From the NCBI GenBank assembly GCA_963831685.1, contig CAWHRJ010000004.1:448812-512811 (forward strand): 64,000 bases of DNA, in the 5' to 3' direction. Source of the DNA: an uncultured Pseudomonadota bacterium. Lineage in GTDB: Bacteria; Myxococcota_A; Polyangia; Fen-1088. Shown here in pieces: positions 17,384-29,618 of the stretch. Under the pieces are notes generated by a model. It ran no database searches. It saw only the letters and a list, made by a program, of their open reading frames with translations, and had not been told where the DNA came from. The first letter of the stretch is position 1. The number at the start of each line of letters is the position of its first letter. The position numbers were made by a program, and so were the translations under genes.

Positions 17384-19203
17384 TCAGCGCCGCCGCGGCT
17401 TGGAAGGAGTGCGGACGAGCACCGGCTCGAGCGGTGCCAGCGTCGCCATCCAGCGGTCGGCGACCGCCTGCGCGGCGGCGGCGAGCGGCGCCGGCGCGGC
17501 GGCGGCCAACGGCGCCGGAACGGCGGCCGCGAAGATCGACCGCGCGCTCTTTGCCAGCGCCGAGGAGAGCTTGGGGGCCTTCCCCTTGCCGCCGGCGAGC
17601 AGCGCCTCGAACGCCTTCACGTCGGCGGGGGCGAGCGGCCGGAAACGATCGGGCCGCGCCGCGCGCTTGGTTTCGCCCCCCGCGAGGAGGCGCGCGACGA
17701 GGGCCGTGCGGGCCAGCGTGCCGAGATCGAGCGCCGCCTCGTCCCCGCCGGTCCCTTCCAGCGCCGCTCCCCCAGGGGCGACGTCCTCGGTCGTCACGCC
17801 CAGGCCCCGGACCAGCGTCTGGGCGGCGGCCGCCTGCTCGACCGCGGCGGCGGCGCGCGCGAGGTCGGCGAGTCGTCGGAACGGCCGCTCGCCCCCGGCG
17901 GGCGGCTCGTCGAGCAGCCGGGGGAACATCGGGCGCAGCCGGGTGACGGCCTCCAGCACCGTTGCGTCGTCGGTCTCCGCGAGATCGAAGCCGCGGCGGC
18001 CGAACGGCCCGTCGCTACGTAGCGTGAGCGCCAGCTGCTTGACCTTGCCGACGAGGCTGACGCCCAGCCTGAAGAGCCGGCCGAGCGGGATGGTGCGCAG
18101 CGCTGCCGCGCCGCGCGCGTCGTCCCCCTGGGCGAGCCACTCGATCGCGAGATCGAGCGTGGCCACCAGCCGCTCGAGCACGGCGGACACCGCCTCGTCG
18201 TCGCCGGGAGTGACCGGTCGGCGGCGAGCACGCGGTTGGTGAGCGCCACCAGCGCGAAGTGCAGCTCGTCGACCTCGTCGCCGGCGGCGAGCTCCTGCGC
18301 GGCGCGCGCGAACGGCGACGCGTCGGTGTCGCCCAGCCGCTCGACCAGCGCCGTCGGCATGCGGAGGGCCGCGCCGTCGCCGCCGGGCTGGGCGTGCGCA
18401 CGTGGTTCGTGTCCGCGCCGCGCCTCGCCGATGCGCACGCTCGCCGGGTCGAGCTCGCGGTAGACCTCGAGCGCCTCGTAGTAGTCGGCGAAGCCGAGAT
18501 CCGCCATGCGCCCCTGGCGCCAGCGGTAGGCCGTCTCCTCGAGCTCCGAGTCGAGCTCGCCGGTAGAGCCGACCAGGAGCCGCCGCGCGAGGTCCAGGTC
18601 GGTCCGGTAGAGCGCGTCGACGAGCCGGATGAGCGCCCGCGCCGACATCGGGCCCTTGCTCTGCCCCCTCGGGCGCGCCTGCAGAACCGGCACGACGCCG
18701 CGACGTCGAGCACGAAGAAGCCGTCGGGCGTCGGGTAGAACGTCCCCTCGGGCTCGTCGGGCGGCTTCTTCCTGGGCGCAGATCGTAGATGCGGCTCGTC
18801 TTGCGCAGCAGCAGAGGCGCGAACGAGCTCGACGTCGAGCCCCGCGACCCAGCGCCAATCGTCTCGTACGGCGCCTCGGCCATCGCCTCGAGCCACTCGG
18901 CGAGCGCGCGCGGGCGCGACCTGGTCGCGCTCCCACAGCGCGAAGTCGAGCACCACCTGCAGCTGCTCGGCGCGTCGCTGCGGCGAGGATGTCGCCCGCG
19001 TCGCGCGAGGCCCATCTCGTGCATGACGTAGTAGAGCTCGTCGCCGGGCAGCGCGCGGACCGCCGCGCTCGGGGTCGGGGCCCTCGAGCAGGGCGTCGGC
19101 GCGGCGCAGCTTGCGCCCGCGCCCGAGCTGCGCGCGGTAGCGCGACAGGGCGACGACGTTGTCGGGCTCGGAGGCGGTCGGGCAGGGCTTCGGGCGGTGC
19201 CAT
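17384..19203 (-). pseudogene. Conserved hypothetical protein (about 600 aa) with the reading frame broken many times
   Basis: Protein-like segments are spread over three minus-strand frames (track ORFs 17384..19714, 17794..19203, 18015..18956). Examples are ALPGDELYYVMHEMGL, VLDFALWERDQVAPARA, LAEWLEAMAEAPYETIG, TFYPTPDGFFVLDVAA and ALIRLVDALYRTDLDLARRLLVGSTGELDSELEETAYRWRQGRMADLGFADYYEALEVYRELDP. The last about 270 aa (17384 to about 18200) are intact in one frame. Confidence 0.6.
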
Positions 19204-20489
19204 GAGTCATCATATACGCGATAAGCTCACGCGCTCGATGCTCTCGACGGTTCTCCGCACGATCCGCACGCACGCGCTCGTCGCGCCCGGCGATCGGGTG
19301 ATCGTCGCCGTGTCGGGCGGGCCCGACTCGATGGCGCTGCTGCACGCGCTGTGGGAAGCGCGCGATCGGCTGGGGCTGACGCTGGAGGTGGCGACGGTCG
19401 ACCACGGCCTGCGCCCCGAGGCGCGCGCCGAGGGCTGGCGCTGGTCCGTGCGCGCGCCCAGGCGCTCGGGCTGCCGTGGCACGCGCCTCGCCGTCGACGT
19501 CGCGGCGCGCGCAAGCGCGGTCCCTCGTGGCAGGACGCCGCGCGCCGCGTGCGCCTCGGCGCGCTCGAGGCGCTCGCGGCGCGAGCGGGGCGCGCGCGGA
19601 TCGCGCTCGGCCACCAGGCCGACGATCAGGCCGAGACAGTGCTGTTCCGCGATCGTGCGCGGCACCGGCCTGCCGGGGCTCTCCGGGATCCCGTACCGCG
19701 CGCGGGCCGTTCATCCGCCCGCTGCTCGACGTCCGCGCGCCGGAGGTGCTTCGCTACCTCGCGCGGCGGAGCATCCCGTTCGTCGAGGATCCCTCGAACG
19801 CCGACCCGCGCTTCGCGCGCGCGCGCGTTCGCCATCGCTACCTGCCGCTGCTCGCCGAGGAGAACCCGCGCGTCGCGAGGCGCTCGTCGCGCTGGCGGCG
19901 GCGGCGCGCGGCGCGCCCGCCGCGCGCCGACGTGATCGCGACGCTGCCGCGGCGGGTGCGCCGCCGCGGTCGGCCGGCTGCGCGCGCGCGGCGGGACGGC
20001 CGCGGTCGATCTGTGGGCGGGCGGCGTCGTCGAGATCGCCTACGGTCAAGTCCGCGATCCGGCCGCGCGACGCCGGCCGGGCGGCGGCTGCACGCGCCGC
20101 CGAGCTGCTCATCCCCGGTCCGGGCGCCTACCGCTGGGCGGCCGGGACCCTCGACGTGCGGGAGGCGGCGGCCGGGCGAGGGGGGCGCGCGGGCGTGGGA
20201 GGCTCGGCGGAGTTCGACGCCGACGGCTCGACTGGCCGCTCGCGCTGCGGGCCCGCCGCCCGGGCGACCGCATGCGTCCGCGCGGCGGCCGCGGCAGCCG
20301 CAAGCTCTCCGACCTGCTCATCGACGCCAAGGTCGCCGCGCGCCGCCCGCGACGCGCTGCCGGTGCTCACGACGGCCGACGACGTCGTGCTGTTCGTGCC
20401 GGGGCTGCGCTCCGGCGGAGGCGCCCGTCCGGACGGAGACACCCGCCGCCTCGTGCGGCTTCGGTTCGACGTTGACCGCCGATACATGA
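19202..20489 (+). pseudogene. tilS: tRNA(Ile)-lysidine synthetase TilS with multiple frame breaks; 3' end uncertain
   Basis: The PP-loop VIVAVSGGPDSMALLHAL is in frame 1. Further segments appear in other frames: LGLPWH / SWQDAARRVR...IALGHQADDQAETVLFR / RPLLDVRAPEVLRYLARRSIPFVEDPSNADPRFARARVRHRYLPLL / RKLSDLLIDAKV / LPVLTTADDVVLFVPGLR (track ORFs 18629.., 19351.., 19476.., 20272..). Confidence 0.85.
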
Positions 20490-20531
20490 GCGCGCGGTCG
20501 CCGAGACATTCTCGCGACATCAAAGGAGTGT

Positions 20532-20560
20532 TTGACCCTCACCGGTTTGGGGGCAATACT
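20532..20560 (+). promoter_or_regulatory. Candidate sigma-70-like promoter TTGACC-N17-AATACT upstream of ftsH
   Basis: TTGACC is at 20532-20537 and AATACT at 20555-20560. It is followed by a 7-bp hairpin (GCCCCAC 20571-20577 / GTGGGGC 20592-20598) and AAGGA before the GTG at 20619. This is a pattern match only. Confidence 0.3.
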
Positions 20561-20618
20561 TTTCAAGTTCGCCCCACGTCCGCCGTTGTGAGTGGGGCTG
20601 AACCCGAAAGGACCTCGA

Positions 20619-22578
<1,960 letters not shown>

Positions 22579-22616
22579 GGGCGCTCGCTTCGCTCGCTGC
22601 GCCCGGTCGCGCGTCG

Positions 22617-22687
22617 CCTTGCGCGGGAAGATCGGGCCTGCTCACCCTCCACGCCCTTCCCACCCGGCCCGATCTTCCCGCGCAAGG
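22617..22687 (+). terminator. Perfect 22-bp inverted repeat (27-nt loop) downstream of ftsH, followed by CTTTT
   Basis: The left arm CCTTGCGCGGGAAGATCGGGCC (22617-22638) is the exact reverse complement of the right arm at 22666-22687. This was read directly. Confidence 0.6.
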
Positions 22688-22737
22688 CTCGGGTCGCTTT
22701 TGGCCATGTGGTGAGGGAGGATCGGGGATAGTGAGGC

Positions 22738-23536
22738 TGTGGGCTGCCTCATCGTCGGCGTTCTGAACTGACGCCGGACTCGTTTTCCGACGGGGGGCGG
22801 TACGTCTCCGCCGAGGACGCCATCGCTGCAGGACTCAGAATGGCTGAAGAGGGGGCGGCCTGGATCGACGTCGGCGGGGAGTCGACGCGGCCGGGGGCGA
22901 CGGTGGTGCCCGAGGACGAGGAGAAGGCGCGCGTCCTGCCGGTGATCGCGGGGCTCAAAAGTCAGTTGGCGGCGGGGGTCAGAATCTCGATCGACACGTA
23001 CAAGGCGGGGACGGCGCGGGCGGCGCTGGCGGCGGGGGCGACGGTCGTCAACGACGTCTCGGGCGGCCTGCTCGATCCGGCGATCCTCGGGGTCGCGGCC
23101 GAAGCGGGGGCCGCCATCGTGCTCGGCCACCTGCGCGGGGCGCCGTCGACCATGATGGAGGAGATCGTTTTCGACGACGTCGTCGACGAGGTGGGCGCCG
23201 AGCTCGAAGAGCGGATCGCGGCGGCGCGGCGGGCGGGCTGCGGCGAGATCTGGGCCGATCCGGGCATCGGGTTCGGCAAGCGGATCGAGCACAACCTGGC
23301 CCTGCTGCGGGCGATTCCGGCGCTGCGTCGCGCGGCTCGGCGTGCCGTTGCTGGTCGGCGTGTCGCGCAAGTCGTTCATCGGACAGCTCGACCGGCAAGC
23401 CGGCGGCGGAGCGGCAGTTCGGGACGGCAGCGGCGGTGGCGGCCGCCGTGCTGCGCGGCGCGGCGGCGGTGCGGGTTCACGACGTCGGCGCGATGCGCGA
23501 CGTCGTGGCGTCGCGGAGGCCCTGCTCCATGATTAA
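22738..23536 (+). pseudogene. folP: Dihydropteroate synthase FolP, about 4 frame breaks
   Basis: The protein reads ...VGVLN|VTPDSFSDGGRY..., with one nt missing near 22768. WIDVGGESTRPGA and DPGIGFGK lie in track ORF 22840... LGVPLLVGVSRKSFIGQL, PAAERQFGTAAAVAAAVLRGAAAVRVHDV and VAEALLHD lie in two other frames. Confidence 0.88.
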
Positions 23537-23553
23537 ACTGCGGTAGAGACCCC

Positions 23554-24922
23554 ATGGGAACCGAGGAGAGGCAGCTGTTCGGCACCGACGGGATCCGCGG
23601 CGTCGCCAACCGGACCCGATGACCGCCGAGATCGCGCTGCGCCTCGGGCAGGCGGTCGCCCAGCGCTTCCGCCACGCCGAGCGTCCCGGGCGGATCGTCA
23701 TCGGCAAGGACACGCGGCTCTCCGGGTACATGCTGGAGAGCGCGCTGCAGGCGGGCATCGTCTCGGCGGGCGCCGACGTGATGCTGGTCGGCCCGCTGCC
23801 GACGCCGGGGATCGCCTTCATCACCTGGTCGATGCGCGCCGACGCGGGCGTGGTCATCAGCGCCTCGCACAATCCGTATCAGGACAACGGCATCAAGATC
23901 TTCGCCGCCGACGGGTTCAAGCTGCCCGACGACGTCGAGGCCGACATCGAGCGGCGCATGGAGGCGATCGGCGCCGGCAACGACGGCGCGCGCGCGGCGC
24001 CCGACGCCATCGGCAAGGCGGTCCGCATCGACGACGCCGCGGCCGCTACGTGCAGTTCCTCAAGCAGACCTTCCCCAAGGAGCACACGCTCGACGGGCTG
24101 AAGGTCGTCGTCGACTGCGCGAACGGCGCCGCCTATCAGGTCGCGCCGCAGGTGTTCGAGGAGCTGGGCGCCGAGGTGATCGCGCTGAACGTGTGGCCCG
24201 ACGGGCGCAACATCAACGACGACTGCGGCGCGCTGCACCCGGAGGTCATGGCCGAGGAGGTCCGGCAGTCCGGGGCCGCGCTCGGGGTCGCGCTCGACGG
24301 CGACGCCGACCGCGTCATCCTGGCCGACGAGAAGGGGAACATCATCGACGGCGACCAGGTGATGGCGATCCTGGGGACGCGCCTGCTCGATCGGCGGCAG
24401 CTCCCGCAAGAGACCGTGGTCGCGACGGTGATGTCGAACCTGGGGCTCGAGCGGGCGCTCTCGGCCAAGGGCGGGAAGCTGCTGCGCACGGCGGTCGGGG
24501 ATCGCTACGTCGTGGAGGCGATGCGCGAGCGCGGGCTGTCGCTGGGCGGCGAGCAGTCGGGGCACATCATCTTCCTCGAGCACGCGACCACCGGCGACGG
24601 TGTCGTGGCGGCGCTGCGGGTGCTCGACGTGATGGTCGCCGAGGGGAAGCCGCTCTCGGAGCTGTCGCGCGCGATGACCCGCTTCCCGCAGGTGCTGCTC
24701 AACTTCGCGGTGTCGCGCAAACGGCCGTTCGACGAGATGCCGGCGCTGCAGAAGGTCATCGCGGCGATCGAGCGCGATCTGGGGGCCGACGGCCGGGTGC
24801 TGGTGCGCTATTCTGGCACCGAGGCGAAGGCACGGGTGATGATCGAAGGGACCGACGAGGCGGGCATCCGGGCGCAGGCGGACGAGATCGCGAGCGCGCT
24901 TCAGCGCGAGCTTGCGCGCTGA
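23554..24922 (+). pseudogene. glmM: Phosphoglucosamine mutase GlmM, 2 frame breaks
   Basis: [19 protein letters not shown] is in frame 1. The active-site [14 protein letters not shown] is in ORF 23619..24101. The rest is in ORF 24050..24922. The second break coincides with a missing G in gcgggccgc near 24036. Confidence 0.9.
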
Positions 24923-25650
24923 TGATTCGCCTCTACGTCAACGTCGACCACGTCGCGACGCTGCGCCAGCAGCGCGGCACCCGCTATCCCGACCCGGTCG
25001 CGGCGGCGACGCTGTGCGAGCTCGGCGGCGCCGACGGCATCACCGTCCACCTGCGCGAGGACCGCCGCCACATCCAGGAGCGCGACGTGCGTGTCCTCAA
25101 GGAGACGGTGCGGGGCGTGCTCAATCTGGAGATGGCGGCGACCGACGAGATGCTGCGCATCGCGCGTGAGGTGAAGCCCGACTTCTGCACGCTGGTCCCC
25201 GAGAAGCGCGAGGAGCGGACGACCGAAGGGGGGCTCTCGGTCGCGCCCGGCGCGGAGGTCGAGAAGGTCGCGCGCGGGCTCGCGGAGGCGGGGATCGGCG
25301 TCAGCCTGTTCATCGATCCCGAGCCGCGTGCCGTCGAGGCGTCGGCGCGGCTCGGCGTCGGGACGGTCGAGCTGCACACCGGCTACTACTGCCTGGCGCC
25401 GGCGCGCAGCCCCGAGGCGGGCAAGCAGCTCCAGCGGCTCGAGCTCGCCGCGCGCGCCGCCAGCGAGGCCGGCGTGCGGCTGGGAGCCGGGCACGGGCTC
25501 GACTACGCGAACCTGGCGCCGGTCGTCGCGCTGCCCGGGCTCGAGGAGCTGAACATCGGCCACGGCCTCATCGCGCGCGCCGTCCTCCTCGGGATGCGCG
25601 CCGCCGTCGAGGAGCTGCGCGCGGTGATCGCGGCCGGCCCCCAGGTCTAG
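24922..25650 (+). CDS. pdxJ: Pyridoxine 5'-phosphate synthase PdxJ
   Basis: The ATG overlaps the glmM stop (TGATG). The translation is LYVNVDHVATLRQQRG...ITVHLREDRRHI...ELHTG..., an intact 242-aa frame. Confidence 0.93.
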   Translation: MIRLYVNVDHVATLRQQRGTRYPDPVAAATLCELGGADGITVHLREDRRHIQERDVRVLKETVRGVLNLEMAATDEMLRIAREVKPDFCTLVPEKREERTTEGGLSVAPGAEVEKVARGLAEAGIGVSLFIDPEPRAVEASARLGVGTVELHTGYYCLAPARSPEAGKQLQRLELAARAASEAGVRLGAGHGLDYANLAPVVALPGLEELNIGHGLIARAVLLGMRAAVEELRAVIAAGPQV

Positions 25651-25660
25651 TGGACGACTA

Positions 25661-27220
25661 GTGGACTTTCCGCTGCTGATGACCGCGGCCGAGATGCGCG
25701 CGGCCGATCTGGCGATCGCGCGCGCGCTCGGCGTGCCGACGCTGCGGCTGATGGAGAGCGCCGGACGCGGGATCGCCGACGTCGTGCGCCGCGAGATCGC
25801 CGGCGCGTCAGGGGAGGTGGTGATCGTCTGCGGCGGCGGCTCGAACGGCGGTGATGGTTTCGTCGCCGCGCGCCACCTCGCCGATGCGGGCACGCGGGTG
25901 CGGGTGCTCCTGACCGTGCCGCGGGCGAAGATTCAGGGGGACGCCGCGGCGGCGCTGGCGGCGCTCGACGAGACGGGTGTCGTGCCGATCGAGGACGGGA
26001 GCGGCTGGGTCGACGCAGCGGCCTGGCGCCCGCGCCTCGGCGGCGCGCGCGTGGCCGCGGTCGTGGACGCGCTCTTCGGTACCGGCTTCCGGGGCCCGGT
26101 GCGCGACGTTCCGGCGGCGGCGATCGCGGCCATGAACGCCGCCGGCGGCCGCAAGATCGCCGTCGACATCCCCTCGGGCCTCGACGCCGACACGGGGCGA
26201 GCGGCGGGTGCCGTCTTCCGGGCCGACGTGACGGCGACGATGGGTGCGCGGAAGCTCGGGCTCGTCATCGGCGAGTCGTCGCCGGTCGGCCGGATCGAGA
26301 TCGTCGACCTGGGTGTGCCCGTCGACGCGACACTCGCGCCTGCGGTGCGCTGCCGGCTGCTCGACACGCCGGGGATCGCTGCCCTCTTGCCGCGAAGGAA
26401 CCCCGATGCCCACAAGGGGAGCAAGGGCCATCTACTGGTCGTGGCGGGCTCGGCAGGGAAGACGGGCGCGGCGTTCCTGACCGGCATGGCGGCGTTGCGA
26501 AGCGGCGCGGGGTTGGCCACGATCGCCACGACCGCCGCCGGGCAGATCGCGCTCGACGCGAAGACGATCGAGCTCATGACCGCTCGCTACGCCGACGGCG
26601 AGGATGCGGATCCCGTGACGGCAGTTCCGGCCCTGAGGGTGCTGGCGATGCGCGCGCAGGCACTGGCGCTGGGTCCCGGCATTCCGACCGGTCCGGGGAT
26701 GCGGGCCCTGGTTCATCAGCTCGCGACGAAATCTGTGCTGCCGATGGTGATCGACGCGGACGGCCTGAACGCCCTCGGTACCGAGGCGGCGGACATCCTC
26801 TCCCACGCTCCCGCGCCGCGGGTCCTGACACCGCATCCGGGCGAGATGGGACGCCTCCTGGGAATGTCGATAGCCGACGTTCAGGCCGATCGACTGGGGC
26901 ACGCTCGCAGCCTCGCGGCAGCTTCGCGTGCCGTCGTCGTGCTCAAGGGCGCTCACACGATCGTCGCGGCCCCGAGCGCGCAACTGTTCGTCAATCCTGC
27001 GGCGACCAGCTCACTCGCCACCGCGGGCAGCGGCGACGTGCTGACCGGGGTGATCGGCGCCCTGCTGGCGCGGGGCCTCGACGCGCTCAGCGCCGCCCAG
27101 ATCGGCGTCTACGTGCACGGCGCGGCCGGCGAGGCGTTGGCGCCCCGGCTCGGCGACGGCGTCGTGGCGGGCGATCTGCCGCTGGCGATCGCCGAGGTCA
27201 TGGCGCGGCTCGCAGGGTGA
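25661..27220 (+). CDS. nnr: Bifunctional NAD(P)H-hydrate repair enzyme Nnr (epimerase/dehydratase)
   Basis: An N-terminal YjeF_N pattern (VIVCGGGSNGGDG) is joined to a C-terminal carbohydrate-kinase pattern (HKGSKGHLLVVAGS...GSGDVLTG). The start is GTG 25661 or ATG 25679. Confidence 0.9.
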   Translation: MDFPLLMTAAEMRAADLAIARALGVPTLRLMESAGRGIADVVRREIAGASGEVVIVCGGGSNGGDGFVAARHLADAGTRVRVLLTVPRAKIQGDAAAALAALDETGVVPIEDGSGWVDAAAWRPRLGGARVAAVVDALFGTGFRGPVRDVPAAAIAAMNAAGGRKIAVDIPSGLDADTGRAAGAVFRADVTATMGARKLGLVIGESSPVGRIEIVDLGVPVDATLAPAVRCRLLDTPGIAALLPRRNPDAHKGSKGHLLVVAGSAGKTGAAFLTGMAALRSGAGLATIATTAAGQIALDAKTIELMTARYADGEDADPVTAVPALRVLAMRAQALALGPGIPTGPGMRALVHQLATKSVLPMVIDADGLNALGTEAADILSHAPAPRVLTPHPGEMGRLLGMSIADVQADRLGHARSLAAASRAVVVLKGAHTIVAAPSAQLFVNPAATSSLATAGSGDVLTGVIGALLARGLDALSAAQIGVYVHGAAGEALAPRLGDGVVAGDLPLAIAEVMARLAG

Positions 27221-29288
27221 GCCCGGCCGCGCGCCAGACGGCCCCGCGCGGCAGGCCGCCCAAGCGCGCGACCCCGGTCGCGTCGGTCCGCGCGTCGATC
27301 TCGACGCCGCCGCCCGCCAGCGTGACCCAGCGTCCGACGACCGGCGTTCCGTCGGTGGCGCCGAGTCGGATCGCCGTCCATTCGCCGCCGGGCGGGTAGG
27401 CCAGCGCAGCGCGCGCGTTGCGGGCCAGCGGTCCGTCGGGACCCCGCGCCGCGATCTCCAGCGCGCCGTGGGCCTCCCGCGCGCCGCGCGCCGCCCAGGC
27501 GGCCGCGGCGCGCACCTCGGGCGGCTCGTCGGCCGCCGCGATCAGCGCCGCCAGCCATTCGCCGCCGCGCGGCCCGCGGGCGATCGCGGGGCAGAGGCGC
27601 GCCCGCACGGGTGCCGCGCTCTCGCCGAAGGCGCGGGCCAGCGCCGCGGCCTGCTCGTCGGTCAGGCGGGCGACGGCCAGCACGTCGGCCGCGGCTGTCG
27701 CCGCCGGACCGCCCGCCGCGACCAGCCCGAGCACCCGTTCGACGACGGCGCGATCGCCGAGCGGCTCCCCGGCATGCGCGGCGGCCAGCAGATCGAGGAA
27801 CGCCGGCGACGGATCGCCGGGCGCTTTCAGCAGGGCGTCGTCCAGGCGCCTCGGGCCTTCGGGAGCGGGGTTGGTCTCCGCGCAATGGATGGTCGCCTCG
27901 GCGGCAGCGCGGCGGACGGCTGCATCGGCGTCGGCGAGCGGGCGGACCCAGCGAGCTGCCGCGGCGCACCCGCGGTCGAGCGCGCCGCCGAGCCGGACCG
28001 CCGCGGCCCGGACGCGTGGATCGGGATCGGCGAGGCCCGCCTCGACCACCACGGCGCCCCGCGGATCGGCGAGCGTCTGCAGGGCCGCGAAGGCCGCCAG
28101 CCGCACGTCGGCCTGCCGCGCCTCGGCGGCCCGCGCGAGGGCCGGGAGGGAGGCCGGATCCGCGAGGCGCCCGAGAGCGTCGATGGCCACCAGCCAGAGC
28201 GCGGGGTCTCCGTCGCGCGTGTCGGTCGCGGCGGCGAGCGCGCGGGTCGCCCGGCGATCGCCGAGATCGCCCAGCAACGCGGCGGCGATCGCCGCGCTCG
28301 ACGGGGTCCCCTGCGCGAGCTCCGCGGCGAGCGGCTCGACCGCGGCCGGGCCGGCAGCCAGCAGTGCCACCCTCGCCTCGTCGGCGACGGGGGGACGCCG
28401 CAGGCTCTCCACCAGCGCGGAGATCGCCGCGGGCGTGGCGATCTCTCCGAGCGCGAGCTGGGCGTGGCGGGCCAGCTCGTCGGGCGGCGGGCGCCGCCCG
28501 AGGGCGATCAGAGTCGGAACGGCCGCCGCCATGGACGGCGCCGCCAGCGCGTCGATGGCCGCCGCTCGCAGATCGATCGGCTGCTCCGCCGCCACGCGGA
28601 GCAGGGCCGGCACGGCGCGCGGATCGCCGAGACCGCGGAGCGCGCGCAGCGCCGCCAGCCGGATCCCGCGATCGCCGTCGTCCAGCCGCTCGCAGAGCGG
28701 CAACGTCGCGCGCGCGGCGCCGACGCGGTCCTCGGCGGCCGCCGCGGCGACGAGCGCGATCGCCTGCTGCCGGATCTCGCGGTTGTCGTCGTCGAGCGCC
28801 GCCACCACGGTGGGGAGCGACGGCGCCACCTCCTGCCGCCCCAGCGCCTCCAGCCCGCGCAGCCGGATCGTGGCGTCCCGATCGCGGATCGCCTGCTCGA
28901 TCGCGCCGCGGGCCTGCCGGCTCAACGACGGGGCGCGCGACAGGAGATCGAGCCCCAGCGTCCTCGAAACCAGCGTGTGCGGGGACGAGCCGAGCCAGTC
29001 GAGCGCCGCCGCCAGCGCGCGGGGATCGCCCACCCGCGCCAGCCGGCGGCCGACGTAGGCACGCACCTCGGGCTCCGGGTCGTCGAGCAGCGGCACGAGA
29101 TAGGGGGCCGCCGCCGCGATGCCGTGACGCGCGGTGAGCCGATCCGCCGCTGCAGCGCGGTCCGGCCCGGGGAGCGCCACCAGCGCCCGTCCGTCGACCT
29201 CCAGCGCGCCGGGCCAGGCGAAATCACCGCCGACGAGACCGACGACACCGGCGAGACCGACGAGGGCCGATCCCCACGCCGCGAACAT
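27198..29288 (-). CDS. HEAT-repeat protein with N-terminal TM anchor and C-terminal beta-sandwich-like domain
   Basis: It carries many DP.VR..A...LG HEAT/PBS-lyase-type repeats. The frame is an intact 696 aa. The 3' end overlaps nnr convergently by 23 nt. Confidence 0.8.
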   Translation of the reverse strand: MFAAWGSALVGLAGVVGLVGGDFAWPGALEVDGRALVALPGPDRAAAADRLTARHGIAAAAPYLVPLLDDPEPEVRAYVGRRLARVGDPRALAAALDWLGSSPHTLVSRTLGLDLLSRAPSLSRQARGAIEQAIRDRDATIRLRGLEALGRQEVAPSLPTVVAALDDDNREIRQQAIALVAAAAAEDRVGAARATLPLCERLDDGDRGIRLAALRALRGLGDPRAVPALLRVAAEQPIDLRAAAIDALAAPSMAAAVPTLIALGRRPPPDELARHAQLALGEIATPAAISALVESLRRPPVADEARVALLAAGPAAVEPLAAELAQGTPSSAAIAAALLGDLGDRRATRALAAATDTRDGDPALWLVAIDALGRLADPASLPALARAAEARQADVRLAAFAALQTLADPRGAVVVEAGLADPDPRVRAAAVRLGGALDRGCAAAARWVRPLADADAAVRRAAAEATIHCAETNPAPEGPRRLDDALLKAPGDPSPAFLDLLAAAHAGEPLGDRAVVERVLGLVAAGGPAATAAADVLAVARLTDEQAAALARAFGESAAPVRARLCPAIARGPRGGEWLAALIAAADEPPEVRAAAAWAARGAREAHGALEIAARGPDGPLARNARAALAYPPGGEWTAIRLGATDGTPVVGRWVTLAGGGVEIDARTDATGVARLGGLPRGAVWRAAGLTLRAAP

Positions 29289-29337
29289 CGCCGCAGTATA
29301 GCGGTGCGCCGGCCGGCGGATCGTTTAGACTTCCCGC

Positions 29338-29618
29338 ATGACGCGCGAGATCATCGTGAGCATCCTGGAAGGCGAGGGGGCGGAAGGAAAAGGGGGAGCT
29401 TCAAGATCCCCGAGGCCCGCGAGGCGACCTGCTTCATCTCCAGCCCCGGAGAGATCCTGGGGGTCGCTCGCGTCATCAAGGTCGAGCTCAAGGATCAGTT
29501 CCTGACGCTCGCGACGACGAAGGATGAACGCTTCGTCTTCGCCTACGCCGACGTGCTGGGGTTCAAGCTCGCCGCGCCCGCGCAAGGCAAGGACCGCGCC
29601 GCCGGGTTCGGCCGCTAG
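29338..29618 (+). pseudogene. Small conserved-looking protein (about 93 aa), one frame break in an A/G run
   Basis: MTREIIVSILEGEGAEGK from ATG 29338 joins GSFKIPEAREATCFISSPGEILGVARVIKVELKDQFLTLATTKDERFVFAYADVLGFKL... (the tail of track ORF 27468..29618). The junction falls in ggaaggaaaagggggagc, about 29385-29397. Confidence 0.5.
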
